A DNA stretch of 64,000 bases. Origin: Spizellomyces punctatus DAOM BR117. Lineage: Eukaryota. Location of the stretch: the NCBI GenBank assembly GCA_000182565.2, contig KQ257450.1; one strand, 5' to 3'. This document shows, piece after piece, positions 62,423 to 64,000 of the stretch. Each line of letters starts with the position of its first letter. Positions within the stretch are counted from its first letter, which is position 1. Position numbers and translations under genes: made by a program. The notes beneath the pieces were generated by a model. The model had not been told where the DNA came from. It saw nothing but the letters and a program-made list of their open reading frames with translations, and did no database searches.

Positions 62423-63409
62423 TTAAAAGAAAGTAGCTCCAATGGCAAAAGCTACGACAGCGGTAGCAGCAACGACAGGAAGGGTGAGTCCAGTAACAGG
62501 GGCAGGGGCTATGACGGTCGATGTGTTACTAGCGGTATTGTCTTTGCCGGTAGCAGGATCGCCTCTCCTTTGACGTAGAAGATTGAGACGCTCGACTTCC
62601 GCTTTATATCCGTCGCAGGCAGCTTGAAGGGATTTGATCTTATCGTGAGCTTCCTTTAATTGCTTCTCCCTCAGGGACTCTTGATGGATCGAATCTGCCG
62701 GAGCGCCCTGTGCTTGTTGAGAGATCACATTTGCTGATGACGGACGGGCCTCTGCGTTAAACTGGCCACTCGCGGGACGGGTTGAAGGAAGCGATTCAGC
62801 TTGCGCTTGGAGTTCTGGTACTTGCTTGTCGACGATCATGGACGAGCGAGGGGACGTTGACGAAGCATCACTGAATTCTTGTTTCATGCTTGGCTGCCGA
62901 CTGATTTCCGACTGGGTATTCGCTCCCAATTGTGCGTCCTTTTTTTCTACGCCGTTTGCACCCAACTGAGGCAAAAATACACATCTCAGCTTCCGTTCAA
63001 CAAGAACCTCAGCCGCCGCGGCAGGGGAACTCTTTTTTAGCTGTTCAGCCTGCGACCACAGAGTCTGCAATCGAGCCGTCAGTTCGTCCCCGTCTAGCCC
63101 CATCACGTCGTTTGGAACTTTGATGCTCTGAATAAGAAACTTGTCTTTGCACACATATCCTTCCGGCGGGTCTTCTTTCATTGCCTGCAACAACACCTGA
63201 ACTTCCACATTGTCCCCTGGTGGTACGACAGCACTGTTTGGACGAACGCAGTATTGCTTGGGAGCGGTCGTTTTGACTTTGAAGCAAATAGGAGAGTCGG
63301 GATTTTGATTTGTCACTACAAGACTTTGTTTGACCACTGTGGTGAATGGCCGATGGAATTCCAGTTCCTTTGCTGGAGCGACTCGCAGGTAGCTTTTTGA
63401 ATCTTCCAT
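62423..63409 (-). CDS. SCS2: VAMP-associated protein (VAP/Scs2): MSP domain, coiled coil, C-terminal TM anchor; single exon
   Basis: FKVKTTAPKQYCVRPN, CKDKFLIQS, tail LPVVAATAVVAFAIGATFF. Confidence 0.95.
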   Translation of the reverse strand: MEDSKSYLRVAPAKELEFHRPFTTVVKQSLVVTNQNPDSPICFKVKTTAPKQYCVRPNSAVVPPGDNVEVQVLLQAMKEDPPEGYVCKDKFLIQSIKVPNDVMGLDGDELTARLQTLWSQAEQLKKSSPAAAAEVLVERKLRCVFLPQLGANGVEKKDAQLGANTQSEISRQPSMKQEFSDASSTSPRSSMIVDKQVPELQAQAESLPSTRPASGQFNAEARPSSANVISQQAQGAPADSIHQESLREKQLKEAHDKIKSLQAACDGYKAEVERLNLLRQRRGDPATGKDNTASNTSTVIAPAPVTGLTLPVVAATAVVAFAIGATFF

Positions 63410-64000
63410 ATTTGAATGTTGATACTAGTTGAGCAAGTGATGATGAAAAGGTTGATGAAGAAAAAAGTAAAACGATGATGTTTGGGTTGCGTTGTCTTTG
63501 ATGAGCCTTTTTGGAAAGCGCGGCTTGGCCAAAGAGTTGCTTTTGGGCAAACGTGACACAAACCACGGCGGCGATTTCGACGAGATCTCGTTGTCATTTC
63601 GTTAACGTTTTCTACTGGGACATGTCGCTGCGTGCAGTTGGGTAGTCGGGTAGCGGACTGGACTTTGCAATATGTTGAATAGGATGCTCTTTTAGATTTG
63701 GACTCGACGTGGTGATTCCGTTGTTCATGTTAACTCCTTCTGGTGTCAAACGTCATTGCATTTGAAATGGCAAAACTGTCACTCTATGACAGTCCTACGT
63801 TTGCTTATCATTCAGATACCGCCAAGACCATCAAGCTACCATGCGATAACAAAGCTGATGCTTTTGATGTGCATGCTATTGACCGACCAGAACCATTTTT
63901 AAAGCATTTCATACTAGTTATCTGCCTTGCCGAGGTATCAGACTTACGTAGATAGAAATCGCAGCAGCTAAAGGTCCCGACAATGGCAGTCTCCATAAGA

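Overview
Gene-dense eukaryotic nuclear DNA with many short (~50-80 nt) GT-AG introns. The mix of fungal-type housekeeping genes with flagellar genes (IFT81, CFAP91, CCDC42/CFAP73-like), a 5-TOG XMAP215 and an RTEL1 helicase points to a zoosporic (chytrid-type) fungus; that assignment is inference. I can support about 30 protein-coding loci, mostly as alternating head-to-head and tail-to-tail pairs. Three are largely invisible in the ORF track because of micro-exons: a CLYBL/CitE-like lyase at the left edge, HSP10 and SNX3. I found no rRNA, tRNA, CRISPR array or intact transposon, and no clearly new multi-gene system. Most notable oddities: (1) an intronless, doubly frameshifted HhH + U-box gene relic; (2) an orphan 7-TM receptor-like protein; (3) a CLYBL gene with 6-nt and 9-nt micro-exons and a +1 frameshift that an alternative acceptor could bypass; (4) a recurring promoter grammar of oriented TCACGTG E-boxes and RFX X-boxes next to TGA(C/G)TC; (5) a central domain where exons flip from C-rich to G-rich. 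Gene spans are hand-built from splice signals and remembered family motifs; no database search was run.
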